Origin: an uncultured Gammaproteobacteria bacterium
Lineage (GTDB): Bacteria > Pseudomonadota > Gammaproteobacteria > UBA9214
Direction: 5' to 3'
DNA length: 64,000 nucleotides
Assembly: GCA_963748215.1 (NCBI GenBank)
Contig: CAVVHS010000005.1
Span: forward strand, 96,001-160,000
In this document: positions 31,838-42,156 of the stretch, one piece after another
Numbering within the stretch: position 1 is the first letter of the stretch
Layout of the letters: each line of letters starts with the position of its first letter
Made by a program: the position numbers and the translations under genes
The notes under the pieces: model-generated
Seen by the model: the letters and a program-made list of their open reading frames with translations, nothing else
What the model was told of the DNA's origin: nothing
The model's database searches: none

Positions 31838-33439
31838 TCAGTCCCGTGGCCGGATCGTTTCCTCGGACACAGTCGCACCGAAGGTATCCTGCAGGGTCTT
31901 GACGTTGTCGTCGGTCCGGATCGAATCCACCGCGCGTTGCTGGCGCTCCGACTGCTCGCGCGCCTGGCGCTGGGCCGGCGATTCCTTCTGCAGCTGCTTC
32001 TCGCTGGCCAGGTTGACCTTGAGCTTGCGCCTGAAATGTTCGCACAGCGAGGTTTCCAGCTGCTTCAGGCGTGCCGGGCTGAGCAGGTGCGCGTGCGCCG
32101 TCTCCATCGACAGCTGAACCACGTCATCGTCGATGCCGTGAAAGGCGCAGTTCAGCGCCATCTCGCGCAGCATGCCCTTGATCGACAGCTGCTCGATGAT
32201 GGACGCCCAGTCACCGGCATCGCGCGTGGCCGTCTCCGCCGAGCCGTCGCCCGTGTGCTCCGTCGCCGGCTTGCGCAGTGGCGCCGCCACCGGCTTGCTC
32301 ACCGTCATGGGCTTCGCGCCCTGACGCTGCACGGACGCGGGCTCACCCGGCTGTTCCGCGGGCCTGAACGCCAGCATGCGCAGCATGACCATTTCGAAGC
32401 CGCCGCGCGGCTCCGGCGCCAGCGGCAGGTCACGCCGCCCGATCAGGCCGATCTGGTAATACAGCTGCACGTCTTCGAGCGCGAGCCTGCCGGCCAGGTC
32501 CAGCACGGCATCGCGGTCGCCGTGGCTGTCGTCGATGGCATCCGGCAGCGTCTGCGCGATGGCGACGCGCTGCAGCACCGAGATGAGATCCGCCAGCAGC
32601 GCGGCATAGTCCGGCGCGAAGTCGTCCGCGCTGGCGATCTCGGCCAGCACGGTCGCGGCGTCACTGGCCGCCAGCGCCGCCAGCAGGCGGTAGATCACGT
32701 CGCGGTCGATGGTGCCCAGCATGCTGCGTACGTCCGCCTCGCCCAGTCGACCGTCGCAGAAGGCGATCGCCTGGTCCAGCAGGCTGAGGGCGTCGCGCAG
32801 GCTGCCGTTGGCGGACAGCGCCAGCTGGCGCAGCGCCCCGGACTCGGCCGCAATGCCCTCCGCTTTCAGGATGTGCTCGAGCTGGCCGGTGATCTGCGCC
32901 AGGGTCAGGCTCTTGAGGTTGAACTGCAGGCAGCGCGACAGCACGGTCACCGGCAGGCTTTGCGGGTCGGTGGTCGCGAGCAGGAATTTCACATGCGGCG
33001 GCGGCTCTTCCAGTGTCTTCAGCAGCGCGTTGAAGCTGTGCCCGGAGAGCATGTGCACCTCGTCGATGAGGTACACCTTGTAGCGGCCGCGGGTCGGCGC
33101 GTACTGCACGTTCTCGAGCAGCTCGCGGGTGTCCTCGACCTTGGTGCGCGAGGCGGCGTCCACCTCGATCAGGTCGACGAAGCGGCCCTCGCTGATCTCG
33201 GTGCAGGCGCTGCACTCCCCGCAGGGGTGCGAGCTGACGCCTTTCTCGCAGTTCAGTGACTTGGCGAAGATGCGCGCGATGGTCGTCTTGCCGACGCCGC
33301 GCGTGCCGGTGAACAGGTAGGCATGATGCAGGCGATCGTTGTCGAGCGCGTTGACCAGGGCACGCTGCACATGCTCCTGGCCGACCAGTTCGGTGAAATT
33401 GCGTGGACGCCACTTGCGCGCCAGGACCTGGTAGCTCAT
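31838..33439 (-). CDS. dnaX: DNA polymerase III subunit gamma/tau
   Basis: YQVLARKWRP, GTRGVGKTT, DEVHML, SRC. Confidence 0.98.
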   Translation of the reverse strand: MSYQVLARKWRPRNFTELVGQEHVQRALVNALDNDRLHHAYLFTGTRGVGKTTIARIFAKSLNCEKGVSSHPCGECSACTEISEGRFVDLIEVDAASRTKVEDTRELLENVQYAPTRGRYKVYLIDEVHMLSGHSFNALLKTLEEPPPHVKFLLATTDPQSLPVTVLSRCLQFNLKSLTLAQITGQLEHILKAEGIAAESGALRQLALSANGSLRDALSLLDQAIAFCDGRLGEADVRSMLGTIDRDVIYRLLAALAASDAATVLAEIASADDFAPDYAALLADLISVLQRVAIAQTLPDAIDDSHGDRDAVLDLAGRLALEDVQLYYQIGLIGRRDLPLAPEPRGGFEMVMLRMLAFRPAEQPGEPASVQRQGAKPMTVSKPVAAPLRKPATEHTGDGSAETATRDAGDWASIIEQLSIKGMLREMALNCAFHGIDDDVVQLSMETAHAHLLSPARLKQLETSLCEHFRRKLKVNLASEKQLQKESPAQRQAREQSERQQRAVDSIRTDDNVKTLQDTFGATVSEETIRPRD

Positions 33440-33484
33440 CGATGCCTTGTCTGTGTTATGGCGGCGTTATAAAGGGAGGTGACC

Positions 33485-33582
33485 TGTACCAGCCACACCC
33501 CGGCGCCCGAGTCCACTGCTGCCGCTGCTCCCTTCCGGGCCTGACGGGGTTCACAGCTTATCGTCGCGGGGGGACCGGCACA
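33485..33582 (-). ncRNA. ffs: Signal recognition particle 4.5S RNA
   Basis: Minus strand GTGAACCCCGTCAGGCCCGGAAGGGAGCAGC domain IV motif; ends pair; upstream of dnaX. Confidence 0.93.
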
Positions 33583-33640
33583 AGCCACCATAAACAGGTG
33601 GCACATTATAAGGTGTACGCGCCGGTATTTTAACAAATAA

Positions 33641-33850
33641 CTGATTAATTCATCTTCGTTTATTCCGGGGCATCCCGGGCAACAGCGCTGACACGCAGAA
33701 TGCCCCCAGAGTGAGCGAGCGCAGCGAGGCATCCAGTCACAGCGTATTCATCCTCGTCATTCCGGCGCAGGCCGGAATCCATGGAAACAACCACTGGATT
33801 CCGGGTCTCCGCTACGCGGCGCCCGGAATGACGAATCAATCAGAGGTCCC
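33641..33850. repeat. MITE-like element with CTGATTAATTC / GAATCAATCAGAGG ends and a CGTC palindrome
   Basis: Same terminal IR as 12066-12173; internal CGTCATTCCGGCGCAGGCCGGAATCCA...TGGATTCCGGG..CCCGGAATGACG. Confidence 0.75.
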
Positions 33851-33917
33851 TGACCGGCTTGATTTACCCCGGAATCGCTGTTATTCAGGTTGGCACAACA
33901 ACAACGGGGGATTGGGC

Positions 33918-34172
33918 ATGAACAACAACCACGCGGCCTACTGGAAGGCCAACCTGCGCCTCGTCACCGGCTGCCTGCTGGTCTGGGCCACGGTGTCCTT
34001 CGGCTGCGGCATCCTGCTGGTGGACTTTTTCAACCAGTTCCACCTCGCCGGCTACCCGCTCGGCTTCTGGTTCGCGCAGCAGGGCTCACTGTACACCTTC
34101 CTGGGGCTGATCTTCTTCTATGCCTGGCGCATGAACCGGCTTGACCATGAGTACGGCGTGGACGAGGACTGA
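33918..34172 (+). CDS. DUF4212 small membrane subunit of a solute:sodium symporter
   Basis: YWKANL, GYPLGFWFAQQGS, MNRLD.EYGV. Confidence 0.9.
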   Translation: MNNNHAAYWKANLRLVTGCLLVWATVSFGCGILLVDFFNQFHLAGYPLGFWFAQQGSLYTFLGLIFFYAWRMNRLDHEYGVDED

Positions 34173-34175
34173 GCC

Positions 34176-35982
34176 GTGAGCCTGCAGACCCTGACCTATA
34201 TTATCGTGGGCCTGAGTTTTGCCCTGTACATCGGCATCGCCATCGCCCAGCGCGCCACCAGCACCGGGGACTTCTACGTCGCCGGCAAGCACGTTCACCC
34301 GGTCGCCAACGGCATGGCCACCGCGGCCGACTGGATGTCGGCGGCCTCGTTCATCTCCATGGCCGGCCTGATCAGCTTCCTCGGCTACGAGGGCGGCATG
34401 TACCTGATGGGCTGGACCGGCGGCTATGTGCTGCTGGCCATGCTGCTCGCGCCCTACCTGCGCAAGTTCGGCAAGTTCACCGTGCCGGAGTTCATCGGCG
34501 ACCGCTACTACTCGCAGACTGGCGCGCGTGGTCGCGGTGATCTGCCTGATCTTCATCTCCTTCACCTACGTCGCCGGGCAGATGCGCGGCGTCGGCATCG
34601 TGTTCTCGCGCTTCCTGGAAGTGCCGGTGGACACCGGCCTGTTCATCGGCATGGGCGTGGTGTTCGTCTACGCCGTGCTCGGCGGCATGAAGGGCATCAC
34701 CTACACCCAGGTCGCGCAGTACTGCGTGCTGATCTTCGCCTATACCGTGCCGGCCGTGTTCATCGCCATCAACGCCACCGGCAACCCCTTCCCGCAGCTG
34801 GCACTGGGCAGCGAGCTGGTGGACGGTTCCGGTTCGCTGCTGGTCAAGCTCGACCGGACCCTGGTCGACCTCGGCTTCGGTTCCTATACCGAGCCGTTCA
34901 ATGACAAGTCGATGATCGACGTGTGCGCGATCACGCTGGCACTGATGGTCGGCACCGCCGGCCTGCCACACGTCATCGTGCGCTTCTTCACCGTGCCGCG
35001 CGTTCGCGACGCGCGCATCTCCGCCGGCTGGGCGCTGCTGTTCATCACCCTGCTCTACACCACCGCCCCGGCGGTCGGCGCGCTGGCGCGCATGAACCTG
35101 GTCGAGACCGTCAACGGCCCGGACGGCAGCGGCACCTTTTATGCCGCCATGCCCGCCTGGTTCAAGACCTGGGAGAGCTCCGGCCTGCTCGCCTGGTACG
35201 ACCACAACCATGATGCCAAGGTGCAGTACGCCGCGGGCAACGCCTTTGCCGGCGACGGCAAGCCGCAGTTCGATGACGAGCTGCGCGGGCCACTGCACGA
35301 ACGCCTCACCACCAACCCGGGTGAGGGCGAGATCAGCGCTGGCGCGCCGTTCGCCAACGAGATCTACGTCGACCGCGACATTATGGTGCTGGCCAACCCG
35401 GAGATCGCCGGGCTGCCGAACTGGATCATCGCCCTGGTCGCCGCCGGCGGCATCGCCGCGGCCCTGTCCACCGCGGCCGGCCTGCTGCTGGTCATCTCCG
35501 CCAGCATCTCCCACGACCTGCTCAAGAGCACGTTCGCGAAGAACATCAGTGAGCGCAACGAACTGATGGCCGGGCGCATCGCCGCCGGCGTGGCGATCTG
35601 CATCGCCGGCTACCTCGGCCTGCACCCACCCGCCTTCGTCGCCCAGGTGGTCGCGTTCGCCTTCGGCCTGGCCGCCGCATCATTATTCCCCGCCATCCTG
35701 ATGGGCATTTTCAACAAGCGCATGAACAAGTGGGGCGCGATCTGCGGCATGCTGGCGGGGCTGACCTTCACCCTCTGCTACATCATTTACTTCAAGGGCG
35801 TGTTCATCGAACCGATGGCCGCCAACATCCCGGAGAACTGGATCCTCGGCATCTCGCCCGAGGGCGCCGGTGTGATCGGCATGGTGATCAACTTCGTCGT
35901 GGCCATGGCGATCTCGCGCAACACCGCCCCGCCGCCGGCGCATATCCAGGAGATGGTGGAGGAGATCCGGGTGCCGCGATGA
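34176..35982 (+). pseudogene. Sodium:solute symporter (ActP-like), +1 frameshift near 34520 (may be a sequencing error)
   Basis: [27 protein letters not shown] / ARVVAVICL.., GTAGLPHVIVRFF, AALSTAAGLLL. Confidence 0.85.
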
Positions 35983-36140
35983 AATCAAGAAATCAATGGG
36001 GTCAGACTCGATTGATCAGACGTTATATTGGCGAATCGATGGAGTCTGACCCTTTTGATTCTGACCCTTTTGATTCTTCATTATTCTCTTATATTAACGA
36101 AAACCGGGATCTGACTCCGATTTACCGAGGAGGCGCTCAT

Positions 36141-36827
36141 ATGAAGCTCGCAAATCTGATTCTGTTTGCTTCGATTTCCTGTTGTCTGGCTGCCTGTGTG
36201 GACTTTACCGCAAAACTCGCCGCCATGTCTCCGGAGGAACTGGCGGGCATGTCGGACAAGAAGGTTTGCGCGATGGCGGGGTATACAAAGACTCTCCCAA
36301 ACTTTCGGCAGGAGTTGGAACGACGCGGGCTCAGCTACGGCATGTGCTGTTACAGGGATCTGTTGGACCGCTGCAACGCACAGTTCGTCCCCGTCAAGGG
36401 AGAGGTCCACACCCTGCACGCCACTGATGACGTAGAGCTCGTCATGGAAGGAGAAACCATCGAGCGACCACACATCAGGATCGGCAAACTCGTGGACAAG
36501 TGGTACGAAAATCTCAAGACCGGCGTGAACACGTATTCTTCCGGGGAATATGCCAGCGCGATCTCACAGGAACTGCTGACCGCCAACGGTCGGAAGCTGG
36601 TCCCGCACGCTGTCGTCGCCGAGCGCTTCGAGCAGGATTACCGGGAAAAGGCCATGGAGATCGGCGCGGACGCGGTGCTGGTCACCTTCACACGGATAGG
36701 CGTGCTGAGCGGTGCCGGCGGCCAGCCGATGTCTGTCATTCCCTCGCCGTATGGCCCGACCGTGGTGACAACGTCGGCAACGGGCACATCCTTCGAAATC
36801 GACCTCGTGGCCGTCAAGTATAAATAA
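36141..36827 (+). CDS. Hypothetical lipoprotein
   Basis: GAGGAGG RBS; LAAC lipobox; C-terminal KAMEIGADAV motif. Confidence 0.75.
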   Translation: MKLANLILFASISCCLAACVDFTAKLAAMSPEELAGMSDKKVCAMAGYTKTLPNFRQELERRGLSYGMCCYRDLLDRCNAQFVPVKGEVHTLHATDDVELVMEGETIERPHIRIGKLVDKWYENLKTGVNTYSSGEYASAISQELLTANGRKLVPHAVVAERFEQDYREKAMEIGADAVLVTFTRIGVLSGAGGQPMSVIPSPYGPTVVTTSATGTSFEIDLVAVKYK

Positions 36828-37001
36828 CTGCGTAATACAGGGGCCGGATACAGTTTATCAATGACTTGGAAAGTACATACGACCCCTTTTTGGCAAACAC
36901 CGCCCAATGACGGCCAGCACGGTCCATGGGCCTCCTGGCGCCTGCCAAAGTATGGGCTATACTGTGAGAACTGCTGAATAATCTGTAGCCGATCAGGTTG
37001 A

Positions 37002-37190
37002 CCATTCAGCAGGCCAGGGCCAGCGCACTGTCAGTCGAGGGTGGCATTGTACTCTGGCAATGGCGAAACCCTCGTTGGGCCTTGCCTGACTGCTAGGTGG
37101 ATGTGCGTTGTCCCCACGACAAGGTAAGACACAGAATAATCGGCTGCGGCGGCCTTCGGGCCGCCGTTCTGTATCTGGCACATCCTACCT
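37002..37190 (+). ncRNA. Candidate structured non-coding RNA (family unknown)
   Basis: Several long complementary segments and a C(UUCG)G hairpin; no credible ORF. Confidence 0.45.
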
Positions 37191-37326
37191 CATGAAAAAC
37201 GGGATCAGACTCGATCGATTAGACGAAACATTGACGAATCAACGCAGGCCTGACCCTTTTGATTCCCACGGCATATAATTGATAGTCAATCGCTCTTGAT
37301 CCTTTCGATTTTGGAGGTTTACCGGA

Positions 37327-38001
37327 ATGACTGGCTCTGACTCCGGGCACCCTTTCGGGTTGCCATTCACTCACGAATTTCCGACCGGTCATGGTTCGCT
37401 GTGCCTCACGGCAGTGCTCTTGCTGGTCGCCATCATCCTTGGGAACGTGCCGGTGCAGGCAGGTGTCTTGCACCGCCTGCCGAATGCAATACCGACGCCG
37501 GAGTTCGTGCTGTCCGGCCTGGATGGCGCAGAGTACCGGCTGAGCGATCTGCGCGGCAGCGTGGTGCTGGTCAACTTCTGGGCCAGCTGGTGCCAGCCTT
37601 GCGTCAAGGAGATCCCGAATCTGCAGCGGCTACACGCAAGTTACGCAGGCGAGCCCTTTGAAATCCTCGCCGTCGATGTCGAGGAGGATGAAAACCGGGT
37701 ACGCCATTTCGTTACGCAGCATGGCATGACCTTCCCGGTACTGCTTGACGAAGATGGCAAGCACTTTGCGGCCTGGGGCAGCCAGGTGCTGCCCACGACC
37801 TTCGTCATCGACGCCGCGGGCATGGTGCGTTACGTGGGGCTTGCCGATCTCGAATGGGATACCGGCGAGGCCCGCAGCGCCATCGATGGCCTGTTGGAGG
37901 AAGCGCGGAAATCATTGAGGTCAGACTCGATTGATCAGGCGTTATATAGGCGCGAGGAATCATTCGAATCAATGGAGTCAGAGTCGATTGATTCGATGTA
38001 A
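37327..38001 (+). CDS. TlpA-family thiol:disulfide oxidoreductase; start uncertain, C-terminus runs through a repeat site
   Basis: LVNFWASWCQPCVKEIP, LPTTFVID. Confidence 0.88.
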   Translation: MTGSDSGHPFGLPFTHEFPTGHGSLCLTAVLLLVAIILGNVPVQAGVLHRLPNAIPTPEFVLSGLDGAEYRLSDLRGSVVLVNFWASWCQPCVKEIPNLQRLHASYAGEPFEILAVDVEEDENRVRHFVTQHGMTFPVLLDEDGKHFAAWGSQVLPTTFVIDAAGMVRYVGLADLEWDTGEARSAIDGLLEEARKSLRSDSIDQALYRREESFESMESESIDSM

Positions 38002-38042
38002 TATTGTCCCATCATCGGTGTGCAGCCTTTTCATTTCCTGAA

Positions 38043-38552
38043 ATGAAGAAACGCTATCTCTATTCCATATTATTTGGCATACCCGGCCTTGCTGCTTCCC
38101 TGCTAATTACCTTTGCTATCTTTGGGGCCCTGGCCGGTTTTATGTGGATTTATGTTTATGGTGACAATCCGTGGCCCCCGTCCACAGGAACGATACTGCC
38201 TGCCTTCTTCATGCTCATTTTCCTGGCACTCTGGATTTCTTCCATCATCGCCGGATTCATAACCGGGAAAAGGTTTGAAGAAAGCCTGGACCTGGACAGG
38301 AACCATATTTGGGTTTCCGTCGACGCAACAGCGCTGCCGATCACGTTAATCATTCTTCATCAGTTTGGCATCGGCAATATAGGGCCAAAATCCGACAGCA
38401 GGCTTTGCAGTGAATTTTGCAGCGGAAAGGGATACGCGGCGAGCGGCATACCGCCAAAGGACTCGGGTGAAAGAACATGTATTTGTCTCGACAGCGCGGG
38501 TCAGGCTGCCATAACTGAATCAATGGGGTCTGAGTTGTTTGATTCGATGTAA
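38043..38552 (+). CDS. Hypothetical membrane protein
   Basis: Three hydrophobic segments, Cys-rich C-terminus; stop lies within a repeat site. Confidence 0.75.
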   Translation: MKKRYLYSILFGIPGLAASLLITFAIFGALAGFMWIYVYGDNPWPPSTGTILPAFFMLIFLALWISSIIAGFITGKRFEESLDLDRNHIWVSVDATALPITLIILHQFGIGNIGPKSDSRLCSEFCSGKGYAASGIPPKDSGERTCICLDSAGQAAITESMGSELFDSM

Positions 38553-38660
38553 TATCGACGCATCAGTGGATGTCCGGCCCTGCTGATTGCGTCATAGCAG
38601 CGAATGTTGTTATAAACTGCGCTTCAAAAAGAATGCCTGATAGGTGGAGGTAACAGCATT

Positions 38661-39059
38661 ATGAAACGCACATTACTGGCTGTAACTGCGGTATTCATTG
38701 CGTGGTCGCTTCTCGACTTCGTGATTCATGGCCTGTTGCTTCAATCCACTTATGAGGCAACCGCCAGTCTCTGGCGCCCGATGGAAGAAATGAAAATGCC
38801 GCTGATGTACCTTGTCACCCTGGTATACAGCGCCTGCTTCGTCGCCATTTATGGACTGCTGGGGAGTGAAAAGTCATTCGCAACAGGCATCCAGTACGGT
38901 GGCCTCTTCGGCCTGGCCGCCGGCATTTCCATGGGTTTTGGCTCCTACTCCTACATGCCAATCCCGTTGTCGCTGGCATGGGGCTGGTTATTCGGCGTGC
39001 TGGCCGAGTCAATCGTGGCTGGCGCACTGACTGGATTCATCCTGAAACCGGGAAAATAA
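38661..39059 (+). CDS. Hypothetical 4-TM membrane protein
   Basis: GGAGG RBS; DFVIHGLLL..Y..LWRP pattern; four hydrophobic helices. Confidence 0.8.
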   Translation: MKRTLLAVTAVFIAWSLLDFVIHGLLLQSTYEATASLWRPMEEMKMPLMYLVTLVYSACFVAIYGLLGSEKSFATGIQYGGLFGLAAGISMGFGSYSYMPIPLSLAWGWLFGVLAESIVAGALTGFILKPGK

Positions 39060-39135
39060 GGGAATGACTGTTGTCAGCGCACTTTCCCAGGAACATCAGA
39101 AAAAACTGTGCTGACACCGGGTCGCAGGACACACG

Positions 39136-39465
39136 ATGGCCTATGACGCAGACGTAGCACAGCGGTTGCGGGATGCATTTAAACGCAGAACCGATGTGGT
39201 TGAAAAGAAAATGTTCGGTGGTATCGCGTTCATGGTTTCCGGTCACATGTGTTGCGGTGTGCTCGGGAAGGAGCTCATGGCCCGTGTAGGACCCGCTCAA
39301 TATGAGGCGGCGCTGAAGGAGCCTTACGCCCGGGCAATGGATTTCACGGGCAAGCCCCTGAAGGGTTTTATCTATGTCGGCACCCGGGGCTTTGAATCAG
39401 ATGATGACCTGGAATCCTGGATTCGCCGCTGTCAGGCGTTTCTGAACACGCTTCCACCGAAGTAA
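39136..39465 (+). CDS. TfoX N-terminal domain protein
   Basis: MAYD, EKKMFGG..FM, MDFTGKPLKGF. Confidence 0.88.
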   Translation: MAYDADVAQRLRDAFKRRTDVVEKKMFGGIAFMVSGHMCCGVLGKELMARVGPAQYEAALKEPYARAMDFTGKPLKGFIYVGTRGFESDDDLESWIRRCQAFLNTLPPK

Positions 39466-39611
39466 TCGAAAAACAGAGGTCAAATCCCGGTTTTCGCTAA
39501 TATAATCAGGAATTGTGCTCTGACACCAATCTGCCGCATGCTTCCTCGCTATCTATGACACTGCTGGCAGAAAAGAAGCCGGATACATTAACTTGCGGAA
39601 TAAGAAAACCT

Positions 39612-39944
39612 ATGGCCAGGCACTCAAAAAGACACCGGATATCAGAAGCCACGCAAGGCGAAGCGATGCGAATAGCCCGTGGAATACAACAAGCAGGGCA
39701 GACAAAAGAACAGACGAAACTCATTGCTCAAGGGATTCAAAAAGGTATCGAGCAATACAAGAACCAGCAGAACGCCAAGAGCAGAGAACTGGACAAAAAG
39801 CTCAACAAGGCCAACCAGCAAGCCACACCACCCGTTGTGCGTGAAACTGAAGTACAGGAGAGGGTGACCTATAAACAACACTGGTTACCCTGGGCACTGC
39901 TCTTCCTCACATGGCTGGCTTTGAGTGCCTATTGGTTTACCTAG
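39612..39944 (+). CDS. DUF2956 family protein
   Basis: GQTKEQTKLIAQGIQKGIEQYK..KSRELDK; C-terminal WLPWALL TM. Confidence 0.88.
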   Translation: MARHSKRHRISEATQGEAMRIARGIQQAGQTKEQTKLIAQGIQKGIEQYKNQQNAKSRELDKKLNKANQQATPPVVRETEVQERVTYKQHWLPWALLFLTWLALSAYWFT

Positions 39945-40049
39945 AAAGATGGGTCCGAAAAAATAATTGAGGTCAGACCACAATTTTTCTTAATATTACT
40001 AACGACTATACTCCGACCCCGGATCACTTGGATCACCCTGGAGGATTAA

Positions 40050-40775
40050 ATGGTGACCTTGACGAAGGTTCGTTCAGATCCTGCACTACTCAACACACCA
40101 GAGAGTCAGCCGGCGTACAGACCTGATGATCTGTCAGATCATGCACACCGGCAACTGATCGGGTATATCGGTCTTCTTCTCCCGCTCATACTCATCTTCA
40201 TGGCCGTGGTCAGGGATGGTGTAGCGCAGTGGAGAAGCCTGGAGTCTATCAGCGCATATTATTACACCGGTGCAGTTGCTGCATTTGTGGGAATGCTGGT
40301 CGCTCTTGCGCTTTTCCTGTTCACCTACCGCGGCTACAGCAACAGGTACTACTGGGCAGACCGGGCGGCATCAAGCATCGCCGCAGTTGCTGCGCTTGGT
40401 GTGGCGATCTTTCCCACGGCAGCACCGGATGGTGTGCCTGTTTTATTCTGGTGGTCCCCGCTCACGGGGATCCTGCATTATGTGTTTGCCATCATTCTTT
40501 TCGTGATGTTTGCGGTATTCGCACTCTGGCTGTTCCGGATCAGGCCGGCCGGCGAGGAAGTCACACCCGACAAGCGGTGGCGCAACAGGGTATACCTCCT
40601 TTGCGGAATACTGATAGTTGCAAGCATTGTCTGGGCAGGTGTCGCCGGTAAAAACGGAAGATCCATTTTCTGGCCCGAGTCTGCTGCCCTGATTGCGTTC
40701 GCCGTGTCCTGGCTCGTCAAGGGCTACGCACATACAACGATCGCCAACGCCGCACGCTCTTTGTTCCGGCCGTAA
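40050..40775 (+). CDS. Hypothetical multi-pass membrane protein
   Basis: GGAGG RBS; RQLIG.IG..LP, SISAYYYT, FAVSWLVKG; about 7 TMs. Confidence 0.82.
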   Translation: MVTLTKVRSDPALLNTPESQPAYRPDDLSDHAHRQLIGYIGLLLPLILIFMAVVRDGVAQWRSLESISAYYYTGAVAAFVGMLVALALFLFTYRGYSNRYYWADRAASSIAAVAALGVAIFPTAAPDGVPVLFWWSPLTGILHYVFAIILFVMFAVFALWLFRIRPAGEEVTPDKRWRNRVYLLCGILIVASIVWAGVAGKNGRSIFWPESAALIAFAVSWLVKGYAHTTIANAARSLFRP

Positions 40776-41400
40776 TAAAGGGGCCAAACCAGAAACAGGG
40801 GTCAGATACGAGTTCCCGCTAATATTAGGGAAAACCGGGATCTGAACCCTGTATTCGAATCTGCGTTTCTTTAACTGAATGACCCCACTGATTGCCGTTG
40901 ATTACTGCCTTGTATGACATTCTTATCCGCCTGACATGTCAATCCTGACATATCCGTCATTAATGACAGTCGTCTTCAAGCGTACCGAGACCGGAAATCA
41001 TAGACATACTGCCCGATTACAGGCTGGCCTGAATTATGCATTCGTTATTGAATGCAACACAGCAAACAATCGTCTGTTTCGATGCCGGCCAGACCCGGCA
41101 AGGGCAAGGAGGATGAGACGGCATGACTCAATGGAATTTTCTGTTAGTCATAATTCTGCTGGCAATGGGCATATTGTTTTTTCGGCCCGGCACAAGCATA
41201 GAAGAGCTATCTGGAAAATCAATGATATCAGAGCACACTTACCAGGAATATCAGGCGAAATAGTGTTCTGACACCGCTTCACTTTTATACACCTACAGGG
41301 AACGGAGGGATTGGAAAGAATCCCTCTGCCCCTGTATGCACCGGGTTATACTGCCTCCGAATCAATACCGGTTCATATTTTCATCCCGTGCGGAGGAATA

Positions 41401-42156
41401 ATGAAAACACTCTTCCTTGCTTTCATTCTTGCCCTGGTCGGCCCCAACCCCTCGTACGCTCAGGATACCGGCCTGGATCGCGGCGATGTCGCCCTCATCA
41501 AGAAAAAGCTGGTGACGGTCCAAACGGCCCTGGGTGGCGACCCTGACGGGTATGCTCTGGATTCCGAAGCGTTCAACCTGCCCACCGACTTCAACCCCGC
41601 CCAGGCCGGTAAATTCCGGCCGATAAGATCGAGCCTGTCCCTGCGCTACAGTGACAAGGCCTCGAAGAACAGCCAGGCCGGTGTCGAGAAGGCTGCCGAG
41701 GATTTTCAGGCCAAATATTCCGCGGCGATTGCCAGCGGGGATCAAGCCGCCATGATGAAGATGATGGAAGAAATGCAAATGATGGCGACACAGGCTGCCG
41801 CGGCATCGATGGCGCCACAAAAACAGCCGATGTCGGTTTACGTTGGATTCAATACGGGCGGCGGCACCGGCATCGACCCTGACGCCGTGGTGTTTGAAAG
41901 GGCCGGCGTCATTGCCATCAGAAATAAAAAGCTCAACGAAGCACAAGGTGAGCTGTGGATATATATCGACCCGGTGGCACTGAAGGACAGTAAAAAACTT
42001 TCCAAGGTGGACATGAGCACACCTAACGACGGCGTGACGAAAAAGACCGGCGTCTTCAACATCACCATCCAGGCGAACGGCACACTCTCCGACCTGGAGG
42101 CTTGGGCGTCCAGGATGGACACGGACGCCATGCTCTCGGTGATCGACAGTCTCTAG
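41401..42156 (+). CDS. Hypothetical secreted protein
   Basis: GGAGGA RBS; signal peptide ending SYA. Confidence 0.78.
   Translation: MKTLFLAFILALVGPNPSYAQDTGLDRGDVALIKKKLVTVQTALGGDPDGYALDSEAFNLPTDFNPAQAGKFRPIRSSLSLRYSDKASKNSQAGVEKAAEDFQAKYSAAIASGDQAAMMKMMEEMQMMATQAAAASMAPQKQPMSVYVGFNTGGGTGIDPDAVVFERAGVIAIRNKKLNEAQGELWIYIDPVALKDSKKLSKVDMSTPNDGVTKKTGVFNITIQANGTLSDLEAWASRMDTDAMLSVIDSL

Noticed and set aside
31838-33439. Programmed -1 frameshift in dnaX
   Set aside because: No A-AAA-AAG slippery site seen in the expected region.
36856-36868. IHF consensus TATCAATGACTTG
   Set aside because: It matches WATCAANNNNTTR but is a single short hit inside one dyad and is not present in the other sites; insufficient alone.
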